Below, piece by piece: positions 37,632-48,300 of a stretch of DNA of 64,000 nucleotides. Origin of the DNA: Verrucomicrobiales bacterium. Its GTDB lineage: Bacteria; Verrucomicrobiota; Verrucomicrobiia; Limisphaerales; UBA1100. How positions within the stretch are numbered: position 1 is the stretch's first letter; each line of letters opens with the position of its first letter. The notes beneath the pieces were generated by a model. It was not told the DNA's origin. It made no database searches and was given only the letters and a program-made list of their open reading frames with translations. Made by a program: the position numbers and the translations under genes. The stretch is taken from assembly GCA_038139415.1 (NCBI GenBank), contig JAYOSV010000003.1, positions 52,700 to 116,699 on the forward strand, written 5' to 3'.

Positions 37632-40600
37632 ATGATCAGACAGTGCACCGTTACAATTTTGTTAAGCCTCGCCACGCTGGCGTGGGCGGCCGAGCCGCTG
37701 CCGAACAAGGTGGATTACAACCGTGATATCAAGCCGATCCTCTCGGACAACTGCTATGCCTGCCACGGGCCGGATGCCGGCACGGTGAAGGCTGGTCTGA
37801 GGTTGGATTCGTTTGAAGCCGCTACAAAGGAACTAAAAAGCGGGGCGACGGCTATTGTGCCGAAGGACACGGATGAAAGCGAGTTGGTTTATCGCGTACA
37901 CACGACCGATGCCGATGAACTCATGCCCCCGGCCGAGTCAAACAAGAGCCTCACCGCCCGCGAAAAGGCATTGCTCAAACAATGGGTGGCGCAGGGCGGC
38001 GAGTTCGCCAAGCACTGGGCTTATGTGGCACCTAAGAAGACGGCCGCGCCCAAAGCGGAGCAAAAAGGTTACACGCGCAATGACATTGACCGCTTCATTC
38101 TCGCCCGGCTGAAGTCTAATGGCTTTGCGCCGGCAAAGGAAGCGGACCGTCGCACGTTAATTCGGCGGTTGTCCTTTGACCTTACCGGGTTGCCGCCAAC
38201 CTGGGCGCAGGTCGAGGCGTTTGTAAACGACAAGACTCCCGATGCCTACGCCAAGCTGGTTGATCGGCTGCTAGCCAGTCCGCAATACGGCGAGCGCATG
38301 GCGGTGTACTGGCTGGATATGGTGCGCTATGCCGACACCATTGGTTATCACTCGGACAATCACGAAACCAAGCCGCTTTATCGCGACTATGTCATCGATG
38401 CCTTCAATGATAATAAGCCGTACGATCAGTTTACTCGCGAACAATTAGCCGGCGATCTCATCAACGATCGCACCAGTACGCAACTTATCGCTTCGGGCTA
38501 CAACCGGCTGAACATGAACACCCGCGAAGGCGGTTCTCAGCCTAAGGAATACACTGCCAAGTATCTTGCTGACCGAGTACGCAACACTTCCACAGTATGG
38601 ATGGCCTCTACGCTCGGCTGCAGCGAATGTCACGATCACAAGTTCGATCCCTTCACGGCTAAGGATTTCTATAGCTTCGGTGCGTTCTTTGCTGATCTGG
38701 AGGAAACGCCAGTGGGAGGCCAGAAATTCACCAAGGTACCGCGCATGGAAGACAAGGCAAAGGTTGCCTCCTTGGAAGAAGAGCTGGCAGAGCTTCGCAA
38801 AAAAATTGCGGAGGCCAATTTAGCCGCCGGACAAAAGACTTGGGAGGCGGGGTTGCAAAAAACTCTGGCAGAAAGCTCTGACTGGCAAGCGATTAAGCCA
38901 ACCAGCGCCAAATCCTCCGGCGGTGCCACCCTTAAGGTACAGGCAGATCACAGTGTGTTATCCACCGGAAAAAACCCGGCTAAGGATGATTATACGATTA
39001 CTTTGGCCTCCAACTTGAAAAATATTACCGGCATCCGTTTGGAAGCTTTGACGCATGAGAGTTTTCCCAAGAAATCACTTGCACGCGGAAATGGTAATTT
39101 TGTCCTGACTCATTTCTCCGTGGCAAAAGGCAAATCGCCAGTGAAGATTGCTAGTGCGACATCAGATTACTCGCAGGCTAACTATCAAGTCGCCAATGCC
39201 CTCAAGCCTGATTCCAAAACCGGCTGGGCCGGCAACGGTCACGTGGAGGCAGCCAATCGCACGGCGGTGTTTGTTTTTGAGAAACCCCTGGCCGGCGGCG
39301 ATGATACTACCCTGACCATCACCCTGAAACATCAGTCGCAATATCCCAATCATAACATCGGCCATTTCCGACTCTCCCTTACCACCGCGGCTGAGCCCAA
39401 GGTCCGCGGAGGGCATAATCTGCCTCCAGTAGTCGCTGCTGCATTGAAACAGCCGACCGCTCAACGCGATGCAGCACAGCAAAAAGCGATTGCCGATCAC
39501 TACCGTTCCATCGCTCCGGAACTAGCCGAAGTGCGCAAAGCCGTCGCCGCGAAGACTGCTGCTCGAGATGCGGCTATAAACGCTTATCCCACCACGCTAG
39601 TTTCCACCAGTATGGGCAAACCGCGCATGGTGCGTGTGTTGCCGCGCGGCAACTGGCTGGATGATTCCGGCGATCAGGTTCAGCCAGCCGTGCCGGGATT
39701 CCTGCAGTTTGGCCAAGCGCCAGAAGGCCGCGCGAGTCGCATGGATCTCGCCGACTGGATTGTGGCGAAGGATAACCCGCTGACCGCGCGCGTGTTCGTC
39801 AACCGCCTGTGGGCGATGTTCCACGGGCGCGGACTGGCCACGCCGCTGGATGATTTTGGCGCGCAAGGCACCCCGCCCTCGCACCCCGCATTGCTCGATT
39901 GGCTGGCCATTGAGTTCATGGAAAACGGTTGGGACGTAAAACACATGGTGAAACTCATGGTTAGCAGCGGTACCTACCGCCAAAGCTCCGTGGCACCCAA
40001 GGCTGTGACGGACAAGGATCCCTACAACCTCTGGCTCGCCCGGCAGGGCCGTTGGCGGCTCGAGGCCGAGATGGTGCGCGACAACGCGCTCGCCGTTAGT
40101 GGGCTGCTCGTGAAGACCATTGGCGGCGCCAGCGCCAAGCCGTATCAACCCGCCGGATACTGGGCGCACCTGAATTTTCCCAAACGCAGTTGGAAAGCCG
40201 ACGCCGGCGACGGCCTGTACCGGCGCGGCTTGTACACCTACTGGTGCCGCACCTTCCTGCATCCCAGCCTCGCCGCCTTCAACGCGCCGAGCCGCGAGGA
40301 ATGCACGGTCGAGCGCGTGCGTTCCAACACCCCGCAACAGGCGCTGGTGCTGCTCAATGACCCCACCTATGTCGAGGCCGCCCGCATCTTTGCTGAGCGT
40401 ATTCTCAAGGACGGCGGCAAAACGCCTGAGTCGCGCATCGCCTTCGCCTACCAACTGGCGCTGCACCGGGCGCCCAGCGCCGCTGAGGCCAAGATCCTCG
40501 TTGGCCTGGCCGACAAACATCTTAAGCATTACCAAACCGATGCGGTCGCCGCGGACGCGCTGTTAAAGAACGGCGCCAAGATGGCCGATGAGGCATTGGA

Positions 40601-40676
40601 TAAATCCAAACTCGCCGCCTGGACCTCCATCGCGCGCGTGGTCCTGAACCTTCACGAAAACATCACTCGCAACTAG
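37632..40676 (+). CDS. Planctomycete cytochrome c + DUF1549 + DUF1553 protein
   Basis: ATG at 37632 with signal peptide; CYACHGPD, CSECHDHKFDP, RLEAL...GNFVL, NPLTARV, NTPQQAL, HENITRN. Confidence 0.92.
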   Translation: MIRQCTVTILLSLATLAWAAEPLPNKVDYNRDIKPILSDNCYACHGPDAGTVKAGLRLDSFEAATKELKSGATAIVPKDTDESELVYRVHTTDADELMPPAESNKSLTAREKALLKQWVAQGGEFAKHWAYVAPKKTAAPKAEQKGYTRNDIDRFILARLKSNGFAPAKEADRRTLIRRLSFDLTGLPPTWAQVEAFVNDKTPDAYAKLVDRLLASPQYGERMAVYWLDMVRYADTIGYHSDNHETKPLYRDYVIDAFNDNKPYDQFTREQLAGDLINDRTSTQLIASGYNRLNMNTREGGSQPKEYTAKYLADRVRNTSTVWMASTLGCSECHDHKFDPFTAKDFYSFGAFFADLEETPVGGQKFTKVPRMEDKAKVASLEEELAELRKKIAEANLAAGQKTWEAGLQKTLAESSDWQAIKPTSAKSSGGATLKVQADHSVLSTGKNPAKDDYTITLASNLKNITGIRLEALTHESFPKKSLARGNGNFVLTHFSVAKGKSPVKIASATSDYSQANYQVANALKPDSKTGWAGNGHVEAANRTAVFVFEKPLAGGDDTTLTITLKHQSQYPNHNIGHFRLSLTTAAEPKVRGGHNLPPVVAAALKQPTAQRDAAQQKAIADHYRSIAPELAEVRKAVAAKTAARDAAINAYPTTLVSTSMGKPRMVRVLPRGNWLDDSGDQVQPAVPGFLQFGQAPEGRASRMDLADWIVAKDNPLTARVFVNRLWAMFHGRGLATPLDDFGAQGTPPSHPALLDWLAIEFMENGWDVKHMVKLMVSSGTYRQSSVAPKAVTDKDPYNLWLARQGRWRLEAEMVRDNALAVSGLLVKTIGGASAKPYQPAGYWAHLNFPKRSWKADAGDGLYRRGLYTYWCRTFLHPSLAAFNAPSREECTVERVRSNTPQQALVLLNDPTYVEAARIFAERILKDGGKTPESRIAFAYQLALHRAPSAAEAKILVGLADKHLKHYQTDAVAADALLKNGAKMADEALDKSKLAAWTSIARVVLNLHENITRN

Positions 40677-40678
40677 CC

Positions 40679-42109
40679 ATGAGCCAATTCGATCTCTTTC
40701 CCTCCGACGTCAGCCGCCGCGCCTTTCTGGGCAAGGCCGGCTTGGGCAGCCTAGGCCTTGCTTCCCTGTTGAATCCCTCGTTGCTGTCCGCGGACCGGCC
40801 GCAGATTGACAAGTGGCCGGGCGTCCTCGCCATGCCACATCACAAGCCGAAAGTGAAACGGGTGATCCACCTGTGCATGGCCGGCGGCGCGAGTCATTTG
40901 GAGACGCTCGATTACAAGCCGAAGCTGCGCGAGATGGATGGCAAACCTATGCCTAAAAGCATCACCGAGGGCCAGCCGATTGCCCAGTTGCAGGGCAAGC
41001 GAAACAATTTGACCTGCCTCGGCCCGCAACATGATTTTCAGAAGTTTGGCCAATCCGGCCAACACATTTGCAATCTCTTCCCGCACATCGGGAGTGTGGC
41101 CGATGACATTGCGGTTATCCGTTCGTTGACCACCGATGCCATCAATCACGATCCCGCCCACACCCTCATGAACACCGGCACCACCATCAGCGGCCGGCCG
41201 AGCATGGGGTCGTGGATGCTGTACGGGCTCGGCGCGGAAACCGAAAACCTGCCCGGCTATTGCGTGCTCATCTCACGCGGCGGCGGACAGGACCAGCCCG
41301 TGGCCGCCCGGCAATGGCACGCGGGTTTTTTGCCCAGCCGTTTTCAGGGTGTGCAGTTGCGGGGGAAGGGCGATCCCGTTCTCTATGTGAAACGCCCCGA
41401 TGGCGTGGATGCCGATCGCCAGCGCGATGTTGTCGATGCTGTGCAACAGCTCAATCAACTGCAGAACGCCGCCGTGCAGGATCCGGAAATTACCACGCGC
41501 ATTTCGCAGTACGAGATGGCCTTCCGCATGCAGATGAGCGTGCCGGAGCTGGTCGATATTTCCAAGGAACCCAAGGGAGTTCTCGACCTGTACGGTGCGC
41601 AACCCGGCGATGGCTCGTTTGCCAGCAACTGCCTGCTCGCCCGGCGCTTGGCCGAGCGCGGCGTGCGGTTCATCCAACTCTATCACCGCGGTTGGGATCA
41701 TCACGGCGGCATCAAGGGCGCCATGCAAAATACCGCTAAGATCGTCGATCAAGGCGTTGCGGCGCTGATCAAGGATCTTAAGGGTTCCGGTTTGTGGGAA
41801 GACACTCTCATCCTTTGGGGTGCCGAATTTGGCCGCACGCCGATGGCGCAAGGCAGCGGGCGCGATCACCACATCAAGGGCTTCAGCTGCTGGTTCGCCG
41901 GCGGCGGCATCAAGGGCGGCATGAGCTACGGCAACACCGACGATTTCGGCTATAACGCCGTGGAAAACGTCGTGCACGTCAACGATCTCCACGCCACCAT
42001 TTTGCACCTCATGGGTGTCGACCACGAGAAGCTTACCTACCGCTTTCAGGGTCGCGACTTCCGGCTGACCGATGTGCACGGGAAAGTGCTCAAGCCGATC
42101 TTGGCTTGA
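40679..42109 (+). CDS. DUF1501 domain protein with Tat signal
   Basis: SRRAFL, GGASHLET.DYKP, INHDPA, WDHH, EFGRTP, GRDHH, RLTDVHG. Confidence 0.92.
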   Translation: MSQFDLFPSDVSRRAFLGKAGLGSLGLASLLNPSLLSADRPQIDKWPGVLAMPHHKPKVKRVIHLCMAGGASHLETLDYKPKLREMDGKPMPKSITEGQPIAQLQGKRNNLTCLGPQHDFQKFGQSGQHICNLFPHIGSVADDIAVIRSLTTDAINHDPAHTLMNTGTTISGRPSMGSWMLYGLGAETENLPGYCVLISRGGGQDQPVAARQWHAGFLPSRFQGVQLRGKGDPVLYVKRPDGVDADRQRDVVDAVQQLNQLQNAAVQDPEITTRISQYEMAFRMQMSVPELVDISKEPKGVLDLYGAQPGDGSFASNCLLARRLAERGVRFIQLYHRGWDHHGGIKGAMQNTAKIVDQGVAALIKDLKGSGLWEDTLILWGAEFGRTPMAQGSGRDHHIKGFSCWFAGGGIKGGMSYGNTDDFGYNAVENVVHVNDLHATILHLMGVDHEKLTYRFQGRDFRLTDVHGKVLKPILA

Positions 42110-42114
42110 TTTTT

Positions 42115-42176
42115 AACCGAAGAAGCACAGAGAAGATGATTGGAAAAAAACTCTGTGCTCTCTGTGTCTCTGTGGT
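42115..42176. repeat. Short imperfect palindromic (REP-like) element, second copy
   Basis: agcacagag (42124-32) pairs with ctctgtgct (42151-59); right arm ctctgtgctctctgtgtctctgtggt. Confidence 0.6.
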
Positions 42177-42188
42177 GAATTATTCATC

Positions 42189-43598
42189 ATGACAACCGAC
42201 TTAAATCGCCGCGCTTTCCTTGGACGTACGGGCTTGAGTCTGGGCAGCGTGGCGCTCGCCGCTCTGGGTGCGGGGCGCAAGACGGAGCGTTGGCCGGGCG
42301 TGGTGCGACCGTTGCATCATGCGGCGAAGGTGAAGCGGGTCATCTATTTGTACATGTCCGGCGGTCCATCGCATTTGGAGACGTTTGATGCGAACAAACC
42401 GGAGCTGGTGAAGCTGGACGGCCAGCCGATGCCGACATCGTACACTCAGGGGCAATCGATCGCGCAGTTGCAGAACCAGAAGCTCGCCTGTCTGCGGCCG
42501 CAGTTTCCGTTTAAAAAATTCGGCCAAAGCGGCACGGAGATGACCACGCTCTTTCCGCATCTTGCCAAGCACATTGATGATCTCGCGGTGATTCGTTCGA
42601 TGCACACCGATGCGATTAACCACGATCCGGCCAACACCCTTATGAACACCGGCACGCCCATCCCCGGCCGACCGAGCATGGGCTCGTGGATCCAGTACGG
42701 ACTTGGCAGCGAGGCGGAGGATTTGCCGGGGTTCGTGGTACTCAGTTCGCATGCGGGGCGAAGTCCGCAGCCGATCTCCGTACGCATGTGGCATGCGGGA
42801 TTTTTGCCGAGCCAGTTTCAGGGTATCCAACTGCGGTCCACTGGAGATCCGGTGATGTACGTGCGGCGACCCGGCGGCGTGGATGCCGCGCGCCAACGGG
42901 ATGTGGTGGATGCCGTGCAGGCACTCAACGATCTGCAGGCACCGCTCACGCGGGATCCGGAGATCGCCACGCGCATCGCACAGTATGAGATGGCTTTTAA
43001 AATGCAGTCGAGCGTGCCGGACCTGATGGATCTCACGAACGAACCGGCCGAGGCGCTTGATCTGTACGGCTGTAAACCTGGCGACGGTTCCTTTGCCAGT
43101 AACTGCCTGTTGGCGCGCCGGTTGGCCGAGCGCGGCGTGCGGTTCATTCAGCTCTATCATCGCGGTTGGGATCATCACAATGGTCTCGTGGATTACATGC
43201 AAAACCACTGCGGCCCGTCCGTGGACCGCGCTATTGCCGGACTGCTCACCGATCTCAAGCGCAAAGGCATGTTTGAGGATACGTTGATCGTTTGGGGCGG
43301 CGAATTCGGCCGCACGCCGATGGCCCAGCGCAACAAGGGCGCCGTGGGTCGTGATCATCACATGAAGGGTTTTAATCTTTGGCTCGCCGGCGGCGGCATC
43401 AAGGGCGGCGTGACCCATGGCACCACCGATCCGCTTGGCTACAACGCCGAGGAAAACCGCACCCACGTCAACGACCTCCACGCCACGCTCCTGCACCTGC
43501 TCGGCATCGATCACGAAAAGCTGACTTACCGCTTCCAAGGCCGGGACTTCCGCCTCACTGATGTGCACGGGAAACTGATTAAGCCGGTGTTGGCTTAA
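42189..43598 (+). CDS. DUF1501 domain protein with Tat signal, close paralog of the upstream gene
   Basis: NRRAFL, GGPSHLETFD, INHDPA, WDHH, GEFGRTP, GRDHH, RLTDVHG. Confidence 0.92.
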   Translation: MTTDLNRRAFLGRTGLSLGSVALAALGAGRKTERWPGVVRPLHHAAKVKRVIYLYMSGGPSHLETFDANKPELVKLDGQPMPTSYTQGQSIAQLQNQKLACLRPQFPFKKFGQSGTEMTTLFPHLAKHIDDLAVIRSMHTDAINHDPANTLMNTGTPIPGRPSMGSWIQYGLGSEAEDLPGFVVLSSHAGRSPQPISVRMWHAGFLPSQFQGIQLRSTGDPVMYVRRPGGVDAARQRDVVDAVQALNDLQAPLTRDPEIATRIAQYEMAFKMQSSVPDLMDLTNEPAEALDLYGCKPGDGSFASNCLLARRLAERGVRFIQLYHRGWDHHNGLVDYMQNHCGPSVDRAIAGLLTDLKRKGMFEDTLIVWGGEFGRTPMAQRNKGAVGRDHHMKGFNLWLAGGGIKGGVTHGTTDPLGYNAEENRTHVNDLHATLLHLLGIDHEKLTYRFQGRDFRLTDVHGKLIKPVLA

Positions 43599-43615
43599 AT
43601 TTTATTTCCGAAACT

Positions 43616-44344
43616 CTAATCCCCGCCCAATGCATGCATAGCAATGCCGGCGGCGACACTGGCGTTTAATGAATTCACCCGGCCAAATTGCGGGATACCG
43701 ATGATGTGGTCGGCCATGTTGAGGATGAATTGGCCGACGGATTTGTCTTCGCCGCCGATCACAAGCAGTAGCTTTTCCGGTGCGGCGGCTTGCACGGTGT
43801 TGAGTGTGGTATTGCCGTTCATGTCCAGCGCGGCGATTTGGTAACCGGCCTCCTGCGCCTTGCGGGCGTATTGATTGGCCGACGCGTCACGGGCGATTTG
43901 CATGAACTCCGTGGCACCGGCGGAGACTTTCACCACCGAGGGATATACTTCGGGTACACCCCGCGTTGGCAGGCATACGCCTCGAAATCCGAACACCTCC
44001 GCACTGCGCAACACGGCACCGACATTGTGGGGATCCTCGATATTATCGAGGAGGAGAAGTCTTCGGTTTTCAAATAAATCCTCCTTAGGCGTATATGGGT
44101 AGAGTGAAGTTTTTAAAACCACACCCTGATGTTCGGTGGACTTAGAGAGCTGAATGAGTCGACCTTTTTCCACCCACTCCATAGGGACGGCGTGCTGCTC
44201 TAGCAACTTCACCAGCTTTTGCATGCGCGGCTTGTCGCGTGCGGATTGGTTCAGCCATGCCCCGTACACCGTGCGTCGCTTGGCGCGTAAGATTTCGAAG
44301 GCAGGATTGGTGCCATATACGTATTCGCGGGATGCCTTGGCCAT
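43616..44344 (-). CDS. rlmB: TrmH/SpoU-family RNA methyltransferase (RlmB-like)
   Basis: YG.NP..E, HQGVV, LD.IEDPHN.GA.LRSA, K.SAGA, IG.E, IP..G.VNSLNASVA. Confidence 0.85.
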   Translation of the reverse strand: MAKASREYVYGTNPAFEILRAKRRTVYGAWLNQSARDKPRMQKLVKLLEQHAVPMEWVEKGRLIQLSKSTEHQGVVLKTSLYPYTPKEDLFENRRLLLLDNIEDPHNVGAVLRSAEVFGFRGVCLPTRGVPEVYPSVVKVSAGATEFMQIARDASANQYARKAQEAGYQIAALDMNGNTTLNTVQAAAPEKLLLVIGGEDKSVGQFILNMADHIIGIPQFGRVNSLNASVAAGIAMHALGGD

Positions 44345-44382
44345 GGCGGGGGAGACTAGGGCAGTGTCGGTATGAGGGCACG

Positions 44383-44413
44383 AAAAAACCCGCTGGAAGA
44401 TGTCCAGCGGGTT
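44383..44413 (-). terminator. Intrinsic terminator (aacccgctgga...tccagcgggtt, U-tract on minus strand)
   Basis: 11-bp inverted repeat with A6 on the left, downstream of 44437-44769. Confidence 0.8.
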
Positions 44414-44436
44414 GGTGTGATTAATCTCAGAAGAAA

Positions 44437-44769
44437 TTACTTCTTCTTAGCAACAATCTTGGTGGCATTGAATTTGCCGTCCACAACCTTGCCGGTCACA
44501 TGGGCAGCTACGCTGGAGCCGGGTTTGCAAATGGTGCCGTGACCGATTCCTTCGCAACCCTTGCCTTTCACCAGCTTACCTGAGAGCAGGTAGGATACTT
44601 CCTTGCCATCTTTATCTTTCATGGTAACCGCAGCGCTGCATCCAGCACCCGCAATCTTGGCAGTGCACTTACCACATACAATCTTTGCCTCAACTGGCTT
44701 ATGATGATCAGCCAGTGCAATGAATGCAGTGAATGCAAAAGCCAATGCAAATGTAGTTAATTTTTTCAT
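44437..44769 (-). CDS. Small secreted Cys/His protein, DUF6370-like
   Basis: Signal peptide, CGKC...C..AV...Y...H..IC....V.G....GKF.A pattern. Confidence 0.7.
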   Translation of the reverse strand: MKKLTTFALAFAFTAFIALADHHKPVEAKIVCGKCTAKIAGAGCSAAVTMKDKDGKEVSYLLSGKLVKGKGCEGIGHGTICKPGSSVAAHVTGKVVDGKFNATKIVAKKK

Positions 44770-44955
44770 AGCTATATTCTTTCTGTTTGTTAACGCATTT
44801 GCCCGAGGGCGTTAAACCTCGGACGAAAGAAATCTACTGTTTATGCGTGTGATGGCAAGTTTTTCTATTTTTTCATTTCACCTCAAAAAACAGCAATTAA
44901 TCCTTGCTCAAAGCACTGCAGCACGGTCGAATGCCCCCCGGTTTATCGCAAGTTT

Positions 44956-45282
44956 ATGAAAAATACTATCTTAAGCCTGATGGTCGCCTGCTTTGGTTTG
45001 GCGATGGTGCACACCGCAGATGCGGCGGAAAAAATCACCCACGAGCAAATCGAGGAAGTGATGAAAAAAGGTTTCAAAGCCAAACTGCACAACGATCTGG
45101 CCGCCAATAAGGAAGTACTTGCGAAGTACGCCCAATGGCTTGCTGCTTACAAGCCTGAGAAGGGCGATGCGGCAAGCTGGAAAGCTAAGACCGGAGCCAT
45201 TGTGGCCGCCATCAAGGCGGGTGACCAGGCCGGGCTTAATAAGGCGGCCAATTGCAAAGCCTGCCATAACGTGCACAAGTAG
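44956..45282 (+). CDS. Small secreted c-type cytochrome, C-terminal CxxCH (class II/c'-like)
   Basis: Signal peptide, helical body, NCKACHNVHK at the extreme C-terminus. Confidence 0.85.
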   Translation: MKNTILSLMVACFGLAMVHTADAAEKITHEQIEEVMKKGFKAKLHNDLAANKEVLAKYAQWLAAYKPEKGDAASWKAKTGAIVAAIKAGDQAGLNKAANCKACHNVHK

Positions 45283-45306
45283 GTTTACGCAAAGGTCCTT
45301 TTCACA

Positions 45307-45334
45307 GGGTGCCTTTTTTAGGCACCTTTTTTTT
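45307..45334 (+). terminator. Intrinsic terminator (ggtgcct-ttttt-aggcacc plus T-tract)
   Basis: Hairpin followed by T8, just after the cytochrome c stop. Confidence 0.75.
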
Positions 45335-45377
45335 GCCCATTGCTTGCGCCCACGATAAAATCCGACATAATTTCCTG

Positions 45378-48300
45378 ATGCGATTTGTGCTCCTCGTTTT
45401 ATTGGGATGGTCCGCTTCGTTATTGGCTGCGCCCAAGGTATCCGAAAAGCACGCGGCGCAGATGGCCAAGGGGCTGGCGTTGTTTAAAAGTGATGTGCGC
45501 ATGCTGCTTAAGCAGCACTGCGTGAAATGTCATGGCGGCGACAAGATTCGCGGGGATCTGGATCTCACCACGCGCGCCGGATTGCTCAAGGGCGGAGAGG
45601 AAGGGCCATCCGTCATTCCGGGCAAGGCGGGTGAAAGTTTCCTGATGACGGTGCTGCGGCACGAGGAGGAACCCTTCATGCCGGCCAAGGCCGATAAGCT
45701 TTCCCCGGATGCCCTCAAGAAAATTGCCGATTGGATAAACCTAGGCGCGCCTTACGATCAGCCACTGGTAAAGCAATCTATTGCCGGCAAAGGCATGCAG
45801 GTGACTGATGATGACCGGAATTTTTGGGCCTTCGCCCCGCTGAAGGCCGTCAAGGCGCCGGTGGTGCAACAGAAGAACTGGCCAGCCAACGACATTGACC
45901 GGTTTGTGTTGCGTAAACTGGAGTCGGCCAAGCTGCAGCCCAACGGGCTGGCGGATCCGCGCACGCAGATTCGTCGGTTGTATTTTGATTTGATCGGCCT
46001 GCCGCCGTCGCCGGCTGAAGTCGCGGCGTTTGTGGCCGATCCTTCGGAGCAGGCGTATGCAAAGGTTGTCGACCGTCTGCTTGCCTCCAAGCATTACGGC
46101 GAGCGATGGGGACGGCACTGGCTGGATGTGGCGCGTTTTGCCGAGAGCCATGGGTTTGAGCAGGATTACAACCGCAACTTTGCATTTCATTACCGCGACT
46201 TCGTCATTCAGGCGCTTAATGCCGATATGCCGTATGATCAGTTTGTGAAATGGCAGATCGCTGGGGACGAGTTGGCGCCGGACAATCCGTTGGCCATGAA
46301 GGCTACGGGCTTCCTCGGCGCGGGCGTGTTTCCCACGCAGTTGACCGAGAAGGAATTCGAATCCGCCCGTTACGATGAGCTCGATGATATGGCTAACACC
46401 ACGGGCACAGCGATGCTGGGGCTGACGATCGGCTGCGCGCGTTGTCACGATCACAAGTTCGATCCCATTCCCGTGCGCGATTACTATCGTTTCATCAACA
46501 CCTTCGCCACGACCATCCGCAGCGAGATTGATCTGCCGGTGAACGGTGATCTTACAGAGGTCGCTGCCAAATGGGAAAAGGCGCATGCGCCGCTCACAGC
46601 TGCCTTGGCCAAGTTTGAAAAGGACGAGTTGCCCAAGCGGTTTGCGTTGTGGGCGAAGAATCCGCCGAAGAGCGTACTGCAAAAGCAGGACTGGATGATC
46701 CTCGATCATCTGCAGCCCAAGTCGCTCGATGGTGCGACCTTTTCCAAACAGGCCGACGGCTCTTTTCTCGTGGGCGGCAAAAATCCCGCCAATGATCGGT
46801 GGGTGCTCACGGCCGAACTGCAGACGATGGGCCTGAACGCCATCCGGATCGAGGCGCTCACGGACAAGTCGATGCCCCGCAACGGCCCCGGCCGCGCGGG
46901 CAACGGCAATTTTGCACTGAGCGATATCCGCGTGTTTGCCGCCAACAAAAAAGGTGGCCAACGGGTGCCGGTGAAGCTGGTCAATCCCAAGGCCACGCAT
47001 CAGCAAAACACCGCCGGCTTGTCGGTGGCCAGCTCGATTGACAGCGACAAGCGCAAGAGCGGTTGGGCGGTAGATTTTGGAGGTATCGGTAAGGAACAGG
47101 CGGCGGTATTTGAATTCGCTGCGCCGGTCGGTTTCGAGGGCGGTACGATCCTGACGGTGGAGATGGATTTCTATGTGAACACCAGCCACACCATCGGTCG
47201 ACCCCGGTTAGCGGTGACTGCGGCGCCCCGACCGGTGGCGATCAAGGGTGATTCCAGCGCCGCCTCGGTGGCCACCTTGCTGGCTGCCGTGAAGCAGGCC
47301 GGCAGCGTGGAGAAGCTGGATGCCAAACAACGTGCGGCGTTACTGAAGATTTACCGCGCGCAGGACGCCGAGTGGACCAAACTGAACAATCACGTGCAGC
47401 AACACCTCGCCAGTAAGCCCGTGCCGAAGATGGAAAAGGTGCAGGTGACCAGCGAAGGCTTCAAACCCACCAAGCACCACGCCGATGGCCGCGGGTTCCC
47501 GCATTTTTACAAGCAGACCTATTTCCTGAAACGCGGTGATGCGAACCAGAAAGACGGCGAGGCCACGCAGGGCTTCCTGCAGGTGCTGATGCGCGGCGGC
47601 AAGAACGAGCAGTCGTGGCAGGTAGCACCGCCCGAGGGTTGGCGCACTAGTTACCGCCGGCGTTCGCTGGCCAATTGGCTTACGGACACCGAACACGGCG
47701 CGGGGCACTTGCTCGCGCGGGTGATGGCCAACCGCCTGTGGCAGCATCATCTCGGGCGCGGCATTGTGAATACGCCCAACGATTTTGGTCTGCAGGGCGA
47801 GCTACCCACGCATCCGCAGTTGCTCGACTGGCTGGCGCTGGAGCTGATCGAAAACGGCTGGCGGCTCAAGCCCTTGCACAAACAGATCGTGATGAGTGCC
47901 ACCTACCGCCAAAGCGCCGCACATGATGCCGCCAAGTTGAAGGCGGATCCGGAAAACAAACTGCACTGGCGCCGCACACCCGCGCGGCTGGAGGCGGAGG
48001 TGATTCGGGACAGTATCCTGAAGGTTAGCGGCCGGCTTGACGAGCGCATGTTCGGTGCCGGCACCCTTGATGAGCGCATGCTGCGGCGCAGTATTTATTT
48101 CATGATCAAGCGCAGCAAGCTCATCCCCAGCATGCAACTCTTCGATTCGCCTGAGCCGCTGGTGAGCCAGGGCAGCCGCCCGGTCACCATCATCGCTCCG
48201 CAGGCGCTGCACTTCATGAACAACGGTCAGGTGCGCGCTTCAGCCATGGAACTGGCCAGGCAGCTGAAAACACAGCCCGATACCGCCGCGGCCGTGACTC

